Shown: positions 8,103 through 17,844 of the stretch, in pieces
Layout: each line of letters starts with the position of its first letter
How positions within the stretch are numbered: position 1 is the stretch's first letter
Position numbers and translations under genes: made by a program
Assembly: GCA_025451535.1 (NCBI GenBank)
Contig: JANWKE010000054.1
Coordinates: 8,179 to 72,178, forward strand
Reading direction: 5' to 3'
Length of the DNA stretch: 64,000 nt
From: Verrucomicrobiia bacterium
Lineage (GTDB): Bacteria > Verrucomicrobiota > Verrucomicrobiia > Limisphaerales > UBA11358
Notes under the pieces: generated by a model
The model's input: the letters and a program-made list of their open reading frames with translations, nothing else
The model's database searches: none
Told to the model about the DNA's origin: nothing

Positions 8103-10943
8103 CTAAGGCGTCTGTAATCGGAAGAATGTCTGGTTGTTGGCCGGCGTCAGTGACAGAAAGTTGATGCCGTTCGTGGCCGTCGGCGCGCCGGCAACCGGCG
8201 TCCACACCGCACCAACGCCAAGACCGGGAGAACTGTACAGTCCCAGGCCATTATTGAAGGCCGGCCAGTTGAGCGTCAAACCCGCCAACCCACCGGCCAA
8301 CCCCAGCGACGAGGCTGTAATCTGTTCAACCGGCAGCGTCCGGGATGAAATCAACACCGAGTCCATCTGGCCGTTGAAATACGGGTCGGCGGAAAACTGG
8401 CTGCGACCCAAAAAGTCCTGGGCACCTTCAACATCAGATGGCAGCACATAAGTGCCGGCATTCACCGCCACCGCCTGGCCGTTGACATACATCACCGCTT
8501 CGCTGCCATTGAGCGTCACCGCCACGTGGGTCCAGGCGCCGACCGGCAACGGGCTCGGCGCGGCTAAAAACCAGATGGCATTCCCACCGTCCGGTGTAAT
8601 CTGAAATTGCAGAGCACCGGTATTGGCCTTGGCGGTCAGCATCGCGTAACTGCCGGTTCCCGTGCCAAAATCAAAAATGCGTTGCCACGCATTGCCGCCG
8701 TTCCATTTGACCCAGGCCGAAAACGTTCGCAGGGCGCCGATGCCCGAAGGCAGGCTGACATACTGGCTCGCCCCGCTTAAATTCAGCACCGAACCCCGGA
8801 TCGGGTCGGATACCGTGGAGGCACCGTTCACCAGGGTACCGTTGAAATTCCCATTCGCATCCACGGCGCCATTGTCAAAGGGATAGCTTGCCATCCACAC
8901 GCCATTCGTCGGCCCCGGCAGCACGTTCACAGAGTTGGTTGCGCTGTCTCCCAACCCGTCCGTGGCCGCCAGCAGAATCTGGTAGAATCCATTGGTGGTC
9001 GTCGGGTCCGACGGCACCACAAAGCTGCCACTTCCCAGACCGGTGAGCGGCCCCAGCACAACGTTGGTTGTGTTCGTTCCGCAAAATTCGACTGTCCAGG
9101 TAAGATTGGTGGCAGGCAGCGGAACATCAGCGTAATCGACAGCAGTCCCGGCGAAGGGAATCACGCTGCCAGGCTGGAAATACACCTGCGCCGTCGGTGC
9201 AGAGATTTGAGGTTGCGGCGCGACAATTTCCGCCGGTGCCAATGCCCGGCCATAAAGGCGGACGGACCCGATTTGGCCGTTGAAATAGGGATCGGCGGAG
9301 AACTGGCTCCGGCCAAACCAGACGTTGGTCGGCGCAATATCAGGAACGGTGAGCGTCATTGAAGTATTGGTAATCACGGGCGTCCCGTTCACGTACATGA
9401 TGCCGCGCGAACCGTCGGTCGTCACCGCCACTTGCGTCCAGGCCCCGACCGTTGCCGCGCCCGGAGCGTCGAGGTGCTGTTCGCCACCCATGCCGGACGA
9501 AGTTATGGTGAACCTCATCACGCCGGAGGCGTTTTGGGGTGTGAGAAACGCATAACTGTTGGTGGTGCGGCCGAAATCAAAAACGCGCTGCCAGGGTAAG
9601 CCACCGTTCCACTTGAACACGGTAATAAAACTACCGGCGTTGGCCGCGCCGCCGGGCAGGCTGACGAACTGATTGGTCCCGTTCAGGGCCAGCACATTGC
9701 CAAGCAGCGGGTCATAATAGACGTCGGCACCATTCTTCATTAACCCGTAATACTGGCCGTTGTCGTCACTCGCATCCATGTGGAAATGGTAGAGCGCCGA
9801 CCAATCATTGGTAAACGTCGGCCAGCCATCCGCCGTCCAGGACAATGGCTCCACATCAAAGGTCGGTGCCCCATTATTATTGCCGTCGTAATAGTGGTAG
9901 CCAAAATATTCAACTCCAGCGCCCTCCAGAATTCCCATCTGCCCCGGCCCGATAAATTTGCCCGTGGTTTTGAGAAAGAGTGTACCGCCGCCGGAATTCA
10001 TGGCGACACCGTTGTGGTCCACGAAAGGCCCGAAAATTCTTGTGCTGCGCCCCACCCGGATGTTGTAGGTGCTGTTCACGCCGGCGCAGCACGTGCCCCA
10101 GTTGACAAACAAATAAAAGTAATTCCCATGGTGGTAGAGATACGAGGCTTCAATCGGGTCGCCGGAGGCGGTGTTGAAAGCCTCATGCACCGGCGTGGAG
10201 TTGGTGGCATTGACCAGCCCGGTGGCCGGATCGAGCTGAACCATGTAAATACCATTCCAAAATGAGCCAAAGGACATCCACAGGTTGCTGGACGCATCGA
10301 AAGCGACGCTGGGGTCAATGCAATTGTACGCCGAGCCGTTCATAGACCGGATCACGGGCCCCTGATCAGTCCATTGATAGCTCGGGTTGCCGGGATCAAG
10401 CGTCGGATTCGTGGCCAATCCAATGGCCGAAACCTGGCTGCCAAAAGTTGAAACCGCATAATAAAGGTGGTAGAGGCCGTTGAAATAAGTAATGTCCGGC
10501 GCCCAAATGAACCCGGTAAAACCGGGCACATCGTTCGTCGTCCAATTTGGCGGGTTGGCGAATACACTCGGACCCGCGGCCCAATACGTCAGGTCGGCTG
10601 ACGATTTTGAGATGATGCCCTGCCCCGTTCCAAACACATAATAACGCCCATTGTACGGGATCACCGCCGAAGGATCGTGAATGCCCAGGTTCCCGCGCAA
10701 ATCCGACGGTGCGGCTGTGAGGAGCTGACTCGAACCCAGTAAAACTCCCAGAAGAATCGTTGGCAGCCAGCCAAAAGCAAATATGCCCGGCAAAAAAACA
10801 GGCCTGGTGGGTAATTTGAAAATATCAACGGGTAACAAATTCACAATTTGCGGCTTACGAGCTAATATATCATCAATGGGATTTTGCCAAAACGCCAATT
10901 TGCGAATTAAAAACGCCAAAAAACGCAGCGGTTTAGAGGGCAA
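8103..10943 (-). CDS. Secreted GH43 arabinanase-like enzyme with two LamG domains (tandem paralog of 4525-7977)
   Basis: 946-aa ORF. GH43 motifs: IHDPSAVIPYNGRYYVF, IWAPDITYF, SAIGLATNP, IDPSV, GSFWNGIYMVQLD, YFYLFVNWGTCC. LamG repeats: VFKWNGGLPWQRVFDFG and WVKWNGGNAWQRIFDFGTGTG. The true start is uncertain: the ORF starts at TTG 10943, and the hydrophobic signal-like segment GIFAFGWLPTILLGVLLGSS lies about 50 codons in with no ATG nearby. Confidence 0.8.
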   Translation of the reverse strand: MPSKPLRFLAFLIRKLAFWQNPIDDILARKPQIVNLLPVDIFKLPTRPVFLPGIFAFGWLPTILLGVLLGSSQLLTAAPSDLRGNLGIHDPSAVIPYNGRYYVFGTGQGIISKSSADLTYWAAGPSVFANPPNWTTNDVPGFTGFIWAPDITYFNGLYHLYYAVSTFGSQVSAIGLATNPTLDPGNPSYQWTDQGPVIRSMNGSAYNCIDPSVAFDASSNLWMSFGSFWNGIYMVQLDPATGLVNATNSTPVHEAFNTASGDPIEASYLYHHGNYFYLFVNWGTCCAGVNSTYNIRVGRSTRIFGPFVDHNGVAMNSGGGTLFLKTTGKFIGPGQMGILEGAGVEYFGYHYYDGNNNGAPTFDVEPLSWTADGWPTFTNDWSALYHFHMDASDDNGQYYGLMKNGADVYYDPLLGNVLALNGTNQFVSLPGGAANAGSFITVFKWNGGLPWQRVFDFGRTTNSYAFLTPQNASGVMRFTITSSGMGGEQHLDAPGAATVGAWTQVAVTTDGSRGIMYVNGTPVITNTSMTLTVPDIAPTNVWFGRSQFSADPYFNGQIGSVRLYGRALAPAEIVAPQPQISAPTAQVYFQPGSVIPFAGTAVDYADVPLPATNLTWTVEFCGTNTTNVVLGPLTGLGSGSFVVPSDPTTTNGFYQILLAATDGLGDSATNSVNVLPGPTNGVWMASYPFDNGAVDANGNFNGTLVNGASTVSDPIRGSVLNLSGASQYVSLPSGIGALRTFSAWVKWNGGNAWQRIFDFGTGTGSYAMLTAKANTGALQFQITPDGGNAIWFLAAPSPLPVGAWTHVAVTLNGSEAVMYVNGQAVAVNAGTYVLPSDVEGAQDFLGRSQFSADPYFNGQMDSVLISSRTLPVEQITASSLGLAGGLAGLTLNWPAFNNGLGLYSSPGLGVGAVWTPVAGAPTATNGINFLSLTPANNQTFFRLQTP

Positions 10944-11156
10944 AACGAGGGAAGAAGCAGCGCCTCATTTTCAAATGTGACGCCGGGGTCATGGTTGGTG
11001 GACAACGGCCCCAACACGATGGTTTTATTCTTATGGAATGGGAAGCGTTGCCAGTCAAAAACCCATTCACGCGTGATGGGAGTTCGCTGTCTGCCAGAAC
11101 TCCTCAGCAGACGAACCCGATTTGTACAATTGATTGGATGGTTCGCGAATATATTT

Positions 11157-13508
11157 TCACGGCCCGATTTGGAGGCGGTAATAGCGCGCCGGGTCGGTGA
11201 AATTAGTGTCCGTCAAAATTAATGGCATGGCGGGCGAATTGGTGGTGAACAACGCCTGCCAATCCATCAAGTTGGTTGAAGTCCACAAGGTATAATCGGG
11301 TCCTTGCGGTCCATTGACGGTCAGGCTGACTTGCCCGGAAGAATAATTTACTGAACCTATCACCGGATTGGTCACGGCGTTGACGACCACATTGAAGCCG
11401 GTGGTCGCGCTTAAAGGCGGCGAGCCGCTATCGGTGACCTGGATTTGAATCACGTTGGTCGTATTCGCCTGGTTCACGAGCGGGCGCCAACTGAAGAGTC
11501 CGCTGGTATTGACGGTCGCGTTGGCCGGGAATGTATTTGCGGCGCTGAATGTCAGCGTCTGCGCCGGCACATCTGAATCGCTGGCGGTATTCGTCACCAG
11601 CAAGGTCACTCCCACATTGACCGTTTGATCGGGCACGGCTCCAATCGTCGGCGGTGTGTTGACTTGTCCAACCACTCCCTGTCCCACAAATGTTACCACG
11701 CTCAGGGCCGGCACATCGTAGGTAAACGAGGAATTGGTGACGTTCACCGGCGTTTGTGGGGCCAGCGAAAGCGTGGCTGAAGTAATCCACGGGGTTACGA
11801 AAGCGGCGGTAAAATTGGTCAGGTTGAATGTCTGAATCACATCGGTGCCCGGGTTGGTATTGACCACGACAATCGCAAAGGCGGCAGAGTTTGTGTCTTT
11901 GTAAGCGCTGATCAAAGCGGACGCCTGGGATGAGGTGGCATCGATGCGGTAAAAGTTGGGGCGAACAAACCGGCTGTATTGGCCAAAGGTGAACAGACGT
12001 TTAGCGGGCCCGGCGCTGGTATCCAACAATCCCTGGTTTCCGGTGGCGACGAGCCACCAATAATGATAGGCATTGGCCTGGGCCTGGGTCATGTAAAGGT
12101 AAATCCGTTGCGCGTAATAAACGCCATTGGCAATGCTGCTGTCGCTGCCCGAAAGCAGCGCGACTTCCGTCTCCCATAACGCTTTGCCATAAGAAGGAAT
12201 CGCCGCCGGCGTTGATTGATCTCCGACCCCATTGTTCGCCACATAATTATGATTGGCAATAATCCCCACTTCCGCAGCCGCAGTGGGATCGCTCATCGTC
12301 GGTCCCGCCAAATTGCGCGGGTCGGTCCAGTTCTGGCTTTCGGGAAGCATAATTTTAGTCGAGGCGTAACCCTTGACTGATAATGCATTGTAAAGGTTCG
12401 TAACAAAATCGTGAAATTGCGCCCCCGACCATTGGCACGCTTCATAAGAGGTCACATTGGCATCCGGCTCGTTCTGGATCGAAAGGGCGTAAATGTTCAC
12501 GCCGTAAGTCGTGTTCATGCTGGCGACATAGTTGGCGAGTTGGCTGGCGTAATTCAGATTAGTGATATCATTTCCGCTGCCGAGATAACTGCCGCCGTTT
12601 ATCCCGCTACCGGTGGCCACACCGGAATCATAAATGTCGTTCACGCTTTTGAACCCCGCCGCCGGAGTCCAGGGCGTGCTCCAAACTTTGGCGCCCCGGG
12701 CCTGGGCCATTTGCATAATGCTGGTCTCGACAGTAGTAAGCGTTTCGCCCGCCGAAGTCGTGTTCCCGAATACGATATGGTTGCGCAGCAAAGAAAGCCC
12801 GGCACCATTATAGGTTCCCCCCAGATAACCGATATTGTTGTTGGTGGAAAAAAGCAGGTCGGCTTCGGCGGTGGTCCAACTGCTGCTCCAGGCCGACGAA
12901 GCGCCAAAACCGTCAATGCGCTGGTGCACATTGTTCCAATCCACGATCGACACGCCATTGGTGGGCGGATTGGTGACAATCGTTTGTCCGCTGAAATTGG
13001 CGTCATCAAGATAGTAGGAGGCGTTCGAGCTGCTGGTCACCTCCGCATAAAAATTCAGCGCGCTGACGGTGCCCGAAGGATTGTAGGGGTATTGTCCGGA
13101 AAGCTGCGTCCAGGCGGTCGCAGACACGGAACCCGAAGCAATCTGGGCATAAGACGTTCCGCTCCCATCCGTTTTTTGCATCGTCAAGTGCATGGTCTGG
13201 CTCCCGCCACTGACCAGCCTGACCCACGCCGAAACATTGTAAGTCTGGCCCGATTGGAGGACGCCCGCAAACGACTGGGCGATGCCCATGTAGGTGGCCG
13301 TGCGGCCTGATACCTGGGCGGCATAGGTGCCGGCATGGACCTGACTGGTCTCGACCGAGATGGTTGGCGTACCGAACGCGAACCAGCCCGAGGTGTTGCC
13401 GGTTTCAAATCCGGGATTCGTTACCAGGTTTTGCGCGGCAGCCGTCCCGGCCTGCAGAACAAATGCGATGACCAGTCCTGCTGCGTAATGTTCTAAGATT
13501 TTTTTCAT
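11157..13508 (-). CDS. Glycoside hydrolase family 30 (xylanase/glucosylceramidase-like) with N-terminal CBM4_9/22-like module and C-terminal cadherin/He_PIG-like Ig domain
   Basis: 783-aa ORF with signal peptide MKKILEHYAAGLVIAFVLQAGTAAAQ. CBM-like segment: NLVTNPGFETGNTSGWFAFG...YYLDDANF. GH30 motifs: IDGFGASSAW, YALSIQNEPD (acid/base), KALWETEV (nucleophile). Confidence 0.85.
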   Translation of the reverse strand: MKKILEHYAAGLVIAFVLQAGTAAAQNLVTNPGFETGNTSGWFAFGTPTISVETSQVHAGTYAAQVSGRTATYMGIAQSFAGVLQSGQTYNVSAWVRLVSGGSQTMHLTMQKTDGSGTSYAQIASGSVSATAWTQLSGQYPYNPSGTVSALNFYAEVTSSSNASYYLDDANFSGQTIVTNPPTNGVSIVDWNNVHQRIDGFGASSAWSSSWTTAEADLLFSTNNNIGYLGGTYNGAGLSLLRNHIVFGNTTSAGETLTTVETSIMQMAQARGAKVWSTPWTPAAGFKSVNDIYDSGVATGSGINGGSYLGSGNDITNLNYASQLANYVASMNTTYGVNIYALSIQNEPDANVTSYEACQWSGAQFHDFVTNLYNALSVKGYASTKIMLPESQNWTDPRNLAGPTMSDPTAAAEVGIIANHNYVANNGVGDQSTPAAIPSYGKALWETEVALLSGSDSSIANGVYYAQRIYLYMTQAQANAYHYWWLVATGNQGLLDTSAGPAKRLFTFGQYSRFVRPNFYRIDATSSQASALISAYKDTNSAAFAIVVVNTNPGTDVIQTFNLTNFTAAFVTPWITSATLSLAPQTPVNVTNSSFTYDVPALSVVTFVGQGVVGQVNTPPTIGAVPDQTVNVGVTLLVTNTASDSDVPAQTLTFSAANTFPANATVNTSGLFSWRPLVNQANTTNVIQIQVTDSGSPPLSATTGFNVVVNAVTNPVIGSVNYSSGQVSLTVNGPQGPDYTLWTSTNLMDWQALFTTNSPAMPLILTDTNFTDPARYYRLQIGP

Positions 13509-13788
13509 CGAGAATAATCATTCAGGGCCATTGATTTGCTGCCGGGGAACAGATGCAAGGGTAAAACGGCGAGACGGCCATTTCCATTCTTGAATCATCC
13601 GCTAATCAAACAATGTTACACGTTTTTGCCAAAAGTTCAAGCTTTTGTTCTCGGCGATGAACCCAAACTATCATCTGGAAGTAAGATTAAAAAATGTGAG
13701 GAATTGCCGGTCGAAATTATTTCCGGATTTTTACCCGAATACGGGCCGCACAATCAGCGCGAGAAAACTTTGGAAATTTCAACCGGAC

Positions 13789-15222
13789 TTACTGGTGTCG
13801 ATAAAGTTCCCAGCCCAGATACTTGCTCAACGCTTCACCCACACCGGCACCAATACGCGTCGGGTTGATGGCGACATGATGCTCAAATCCGCTTTCGCAG
13901 ATATATCGCAGCAGTTTCTGGAAATTTGGAATCTTCACCACGCCATAGCCGCCAAACGTGCTCAGCGGGTCGTTCGTTAATTCCCCTTCACCAAGGTAGG
14001 CGCGGATTTTGCCGGCGAAATCGTCGGTGCTGACCCGCAAGTAAGTGAACGGCGCCGCCTTCACGCGGCCCACGATCGTACCGTAGGCGCTCTCCTTGCC
14101 TACCACACCCGCGATGATTTCCTGGTAATCCATCACCGGCGCACCTTCACCTTTTTCCACAAACACGTCCTTGGGCAGGTTGCTGCAATGGAACACAACG
14201 CCCTTGTCCGGATCTTCCCCGTAATTATTGTTCCAATCCACCAGCGCGCTGGGTTTGCCGCCGGCCTGCGCCATGGCATACATTGCCACCGTGCCCATGA
14301 TGTCCACTTCGCACGCGCTGCTCATCAACATGTTGCTCATCATGCTCATCAGCGTGCAGGGGACGACGCCGAAAAACTCCTCCATCGCCGTCCAGCATTG
14401 AATCGCCGTCGCGTTCAGCCTGGTGTCGCGCATCCACTTGTCCACCGCCACGCCAAATTTCGCCATTTTCAGCAGTGACACCGGTGGAATGGATTTGGCC
14501 ACCACGTAATTTTGGATTTCCTTCAATTTTGCATCCACCGCCGCGTCGCCGTCCTTTATCTTGTTGACCCAGCCGAACAATTCGAACAGATCGAGCGTCT
14601 CGATGCTGATGCCGGATTGTTCCAGAAGTTTTTCACTGTAACGAACGGTGTTGAAAGCCGTCGGCCGGGCGCCGAGTGCACCGATGCGGAGATTCCGCAA
14701 CGCCTTGATCACGCGGCAGGTCACCACAAAATCCTGCAGGTCCTGCAAAAAACTCTGCTTGTCGGGATTGACCGTGTGCAGCCGCGTGAGCGTGAAAGGA
14801 ACGTTGTATTGGCGAAGGTTGTTGCAAACCGACATCTTGCCGCAAAAGCTGTCGCGCCGGTCCTTGATGGTCATGCTCTTCGGGTCATCGTTGAAGGCAT
14901 GCACCAGCACCGGCACCCGGAGGCCGGACCAGCGAAGGGTGTTGGCTACCGCACGCTCGTCGCCGAAATTGGGGAGCGTGACCAGGATGCCGTCGATCTT
15001 TCCGGCGTTTTGCTTGAACAGGTCGGCGCACTTATGCGCGTCTTCCAGAGATTCGACGGCGCCAAACCTGGTTGCGGTGGTCGGCAGCGCGACCACCCCA
15101 ATGCCATTCTTCTCGAGGACCGAGATCATTTCCTGCCGGCCGCTGTCACAGAGATGTGCCGGAAAAAAGCCGCGATTGCCGACGAGAAGTCCGAAAGTCA
15201 CTTTTCCATTCATATTGTCCAT
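13789..15222 (-). CDS. L-fucose/L-arabinose isomerase family protein (COG2407-like sugar isomerase)
   Basis: 477-aa ORF. The N-terminus KVTFGLLVGNRGFFPAHLCDSGRQEM and the overall length are typical of FucI-family isomerases. No signal peptide. The substrate cannot be read from the sequence. Confidence 0.7.
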   Translation of the reverse strand: MDNMNGKVTFGLLVGNRGFFPAHLCDSGRQEMISVLEKNGIGVVALPTTATRFGAVESLEDAHKCADLFKQNAGKIDGILVTLPNFGDERAVANTLRWSGLRVPVLVHAFNDDPKSMTIKDRRDSFCGKMSVCNNLRQYNVPFTLTRLHTVNPDKQSFLQDLQDFVVTCRVIKALRNLRIGALGARPTAFNTVRYSEKLLEQSGISIETLDLFELFGWVNKIKDGDAAVDAKLKEIQNYVVAKSIPPVSLLKMAKFGVAVDKWMRDTRLNATAIQCWTAMEEFFGVVPCTLMSMMSNMLMSSACEVDIMGTVAMYAMAQAGGKPSALVDWNNNYGEDPDKGVVFHCSNLPKDVFVEKGEGAPVMDYQEIIAGVVGKESAYGTIVGRVKAAPFTYLRVSTDDFAGKIRAYLGEGELTNDPLSTFGGYGVVKIPNFQKLLRYICESGFEHHVAINPTRIGAGVGEALSKYLGWELYRHQ

Positions 15223-15427
15223 TTTCGTTTTGGGCTGAAGTGTGAGTCCATCATTTGTTCGCCTCGATCGGTGTCAGGAATTCCGATGAACATTGCGGCG
15301 ATTGCTGACGGGAGATTATCTTAAACTTTCTGGAATTCAACAAGTAATGGCATTCCGCCTGGATTTCGACGGATTGTCCATGCCGCTGAGCCCTGAAAGA
15401 CAACGACTGAAAAAGAAGTGGTGTCTG

Positions 15428-15883
15428 TCAGGTGTGCAACTTTTGCCGGAAAGACGGGCGGGCGGCAGGCGGGACATAACGAACATCGTGGCTGTACCCG
15501 CAGAGGCGACGCAACCGGGCTTCCTTGGATTCAGCCAGTAATTCCTGGACAGTATTCAGGAGTTGGCCAACATCCAACGGTTTCTCCATCAGGGCCCCAA
15601 CCCCTGCTGCCATGGCGGTGTCGTATTGATTGTCTTTCCCGGTGATAATGATGATCGGAAACGCAGGGGCCTGACTGGTAATAGTCTCAAAGGTGTCCCA
15701 TCCGTTCCGGATCGGAAGACCGATGTCCAGCAGCAGTAGATCAACCTGTCCGGATTTGAATTGTTTAACCGCCTCCGCGCCATCCGCCGCCTCGATTACA
15801 TTATATCCCACCTCCTGTAGAACCTTGCCTAAAGATTTCCGCACACTCAGGTCATCATCCGCAATCAAAACAGTTTTGTTCAT
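15428..15883 (-). CDS. Single-domain response regulator (CheY-like receiver)
   Basis: The ATG at 15883 gives MNKTVLIADDDLSVRKSL...DLLLLDIGLP...IIIITGK, which is a canonical REC domain (DD, phospho-acceptor D, T, K). There is no output domain. The longer ORF-track start (15958) adds a non-conserved extension. Confidence 0.85.
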   Translation of the reverse strand: MNKTVLIADDDLSVRKSLGKVLQEVGYNVIEAADGAEAVKQFKSGQVDLLLLDIGLPIRNGWDTFETITSQAPAFPIIIITGKDNQYDTAMAAGVGALMEKPLDVGQLLNTVQELLAESKEARLRRLCGYSHDVRYVPPAARPSFRQKLHT

Positions 15884-16377
15884 GTACCCCTGACTTTCGT
15901 CAACCTCCAGCCGCAGTGTAGAATCGGACCTCCGGCGCGGGAGGTTGAACGGTAGCACTCAACATCGGGTTCCAACTGATTAGCCGGTCTGGCACTCATG
16001 ATTCCGGCGGAGTTTGATTCGTTTACTTCGTCGGCCGTCATTCAGCCGATAACCAAGGCCTCCTTCGAGGCCAGCCAGTCATTCAAAGAAGACGGCAACC
16101 CGGAACCATTCTTCGGGTAGCGGGCAGGACCCCAACCCGCCTGAACAGATACTGGTCGTGAGTGCAGGTTGGGAGCTGGCGAGAGATTCCGGTTGCCGTG
16201 GTCGTTGTTGTTTTCCTCCTTTGTCGGCACTTCCAATGGATACGCAGAAAAGGAGAAAGCGCGGTAAAAGTCGATTGCAACTTGTGTTTTCATTGCTCCA
16301 GCGTTCTAGGTTAATTGTTGGTTTTTTAGCACGTTCTACCCTACTCTGGGAGATGGACTAGCGGTTGCTATGCCAGC

Positions 16378-17844
16378 ATGGGGACCCGGCTATTTCGGCT
16401 GGAATCCCTGAATTTGAAGGCAACTCGCGAGAAAATGAAACCGACGGTTGAAACAATTCTTGCCACAGGTGGCTCCCCACGTGCCACCCCGACCCCTCCA
16501 GCGGCGAAATTGCGCCTGGTGGGCCTGGTGCTGACAGCCTTGCTGGGTTCCATCCTGGTCATCTGGGTAAGCCGCACCACGTGGGAACGGGTGGATCACC
16601 TCCAGAGTGAGTTTGCCGGACTGAAGGCCAAGGATTTCTACCTGGCCGTTCACATGAAGAACGAAATCGAACGATTAAACGATTCTTTGCTCCGCTATCG
16701 CCTTCGTGGCGACGTCGCCGATTACAACCTGTTTTACAGGAACTCACAGGAATTAACGCGATGGTTTAATGCCAACCAGAGTAACGCGGTCACCCCTTTG
16801 GAGCGCGAATTTTTCAAACGAATGGGTGGCGCCTACAATGATTATCTGGCTGACAGCACGAATTTGCTCTCCGCCCGAATCGGTTTTCTTGAAACCAAAG
16901 CTGTTGCCTTTCCGGGCAGTTACGAGAAAGTGCAACAACAATCCGAACGTTTGCTGAACTTGTGTGACTCGTTTATCCGCGATCAAAGTTCGGCTTTTGA
17001 CAGCTTTCTTCAGGAATCGAACCGCACTTTGAACACCTTTCAGCGGCTGCTCAAGCTTTCGGTGACCCTGCTGCTGACGTTGATCGTCGCGCTGGCGATA
17101 TTGGTATACCGCGGCATGATCGCGCCACTGCGGTACCGGCTGACCGAGAGCCGCGCCATCATTGCCCGACAGGAAAAACTGGCCTCCTTGGGAGTGCTGG
17201 CGGCCGGCGTCGCGCACGAAATCCGCAATCCGCTGACAGCGATTAAATTCCGCCTCTACAGCCTGAAGAAATCCCTGCCGGCTGGCCTGGCCAACAGCGA
17301 AGATGCGGTCGTGATCGGCGACGAAATCAGCCGCCTGGAACGAATTGTTAGGGATTTCCTTCAGTTCGCGCGCCCTTCCGAGCCGGAATTCATTACCGTC
17401 CCAACTCAACGAATCCTGGCGGAAGTCCATGAATTGCTGAAGCCGCAGTTGAAGAAGTCCTCGATTGAATTGAAGCTGGATCCGTCCGAACCGGTCTGGG
17501 TGCGCGCGGATACCCAACAAATCAAGCAGGTCCTGATTAATCTGATTCAGAATTCAGCGGACAGCATTGGAAGCAACGGGGCCATCACGCTGCGGGCGCG
17601 CAACGGCATGGGCGGTCTGGCGATCATGGACGTGATTGACAATGGCAGAGGCATTCCCCCTGAAGTTCAACAGCGGTTGTTTGATCCCTTCTTCACCACC
17701 AAGGATGGCGGAACCGGACTCGGTCTGCCCATCGCGGCGCGCATTGTTGAGAAACATGGCGGGGAACTCCGCTACCAAACCCAACTCAATCGCGGTACCG
17801 TCTTCTCCGTTGTTCTGCCGCGTGTCAGCGAACATGAAACCTAA
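16378..17844 (+). CDS. Membrane sensor histidine kinase (HisKA + HATPase_c, NtrB/AtoS-like)
   Basis: 488 aa with two TM segments flanking a ~170-aa helical periplasmic region. H-box GVAHEIRNPLTAI, N-box NLIQNSADS, G1 DNGRGIP, F FDPFFTTK, G2 GTGLGL. Its stop overlaps the start of the next gene (ATGAAACCTAA). Confidence 0.9.
   Translation: MGTRLFRLESLNLKATREKMKPTVETILATGGSPRATPTPPAAKLRLVGLVLTALLGSILVIWVSRTTWERVDHLQSEFAGLKAKDFYLAVHMKNEIERLNDSLLRYRLRGDVADYNLFYRNSQELTRWFNANQSNAVTPLEREFFKRMGGAYNDYLADSTNLLSARIGFLETKAVAFPGSYEKVQQQSERLLNLCDSFIRDQSSAFDSFLQESNRTLNTFQRLLKLSVTLLLTLIVALAILVYRGMIAPLRYRLTESRAIIARQEKLASLGVLAAGVAHEIRNPLTAIKFRLYSLKKSLPAGLANSEDAVVIGDEISRLERIVRDFLQFARPSEPEFITVPTQRILAEVHELLKPQLKKSSIELKLDPSEPVWVRADTQQIKQVLINLIQNSADSIGSNGAITLRARNGMGGLAIMDVIDNGRGIPPEVQQRLFDPFFTTKDGGTGLGLPIAARIVEKHGGELRYQTQLNRGTVFSVVLPRVSEHET

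Noticed and set aside
13746-13761. CCGCACAATCAGCGCG downstream of the isomerase gene.
   Set aside because: Only the left half-site matches. The right arm is GCGCG and not TGCGG. This is probably chance.
16042-16293. 83-aa ORF (MKTQVAIDFYRAFSFSAYPLEV...) upstream of and co-oriented with the orphan receiver gene, with GGAG 2 nt before the ATG.
   Set aside because: It has no recognisable motif, signal peptide or TM segment, the SD spacing is too short, and two other frames are open across the same span. There is not enough support to call a gene.
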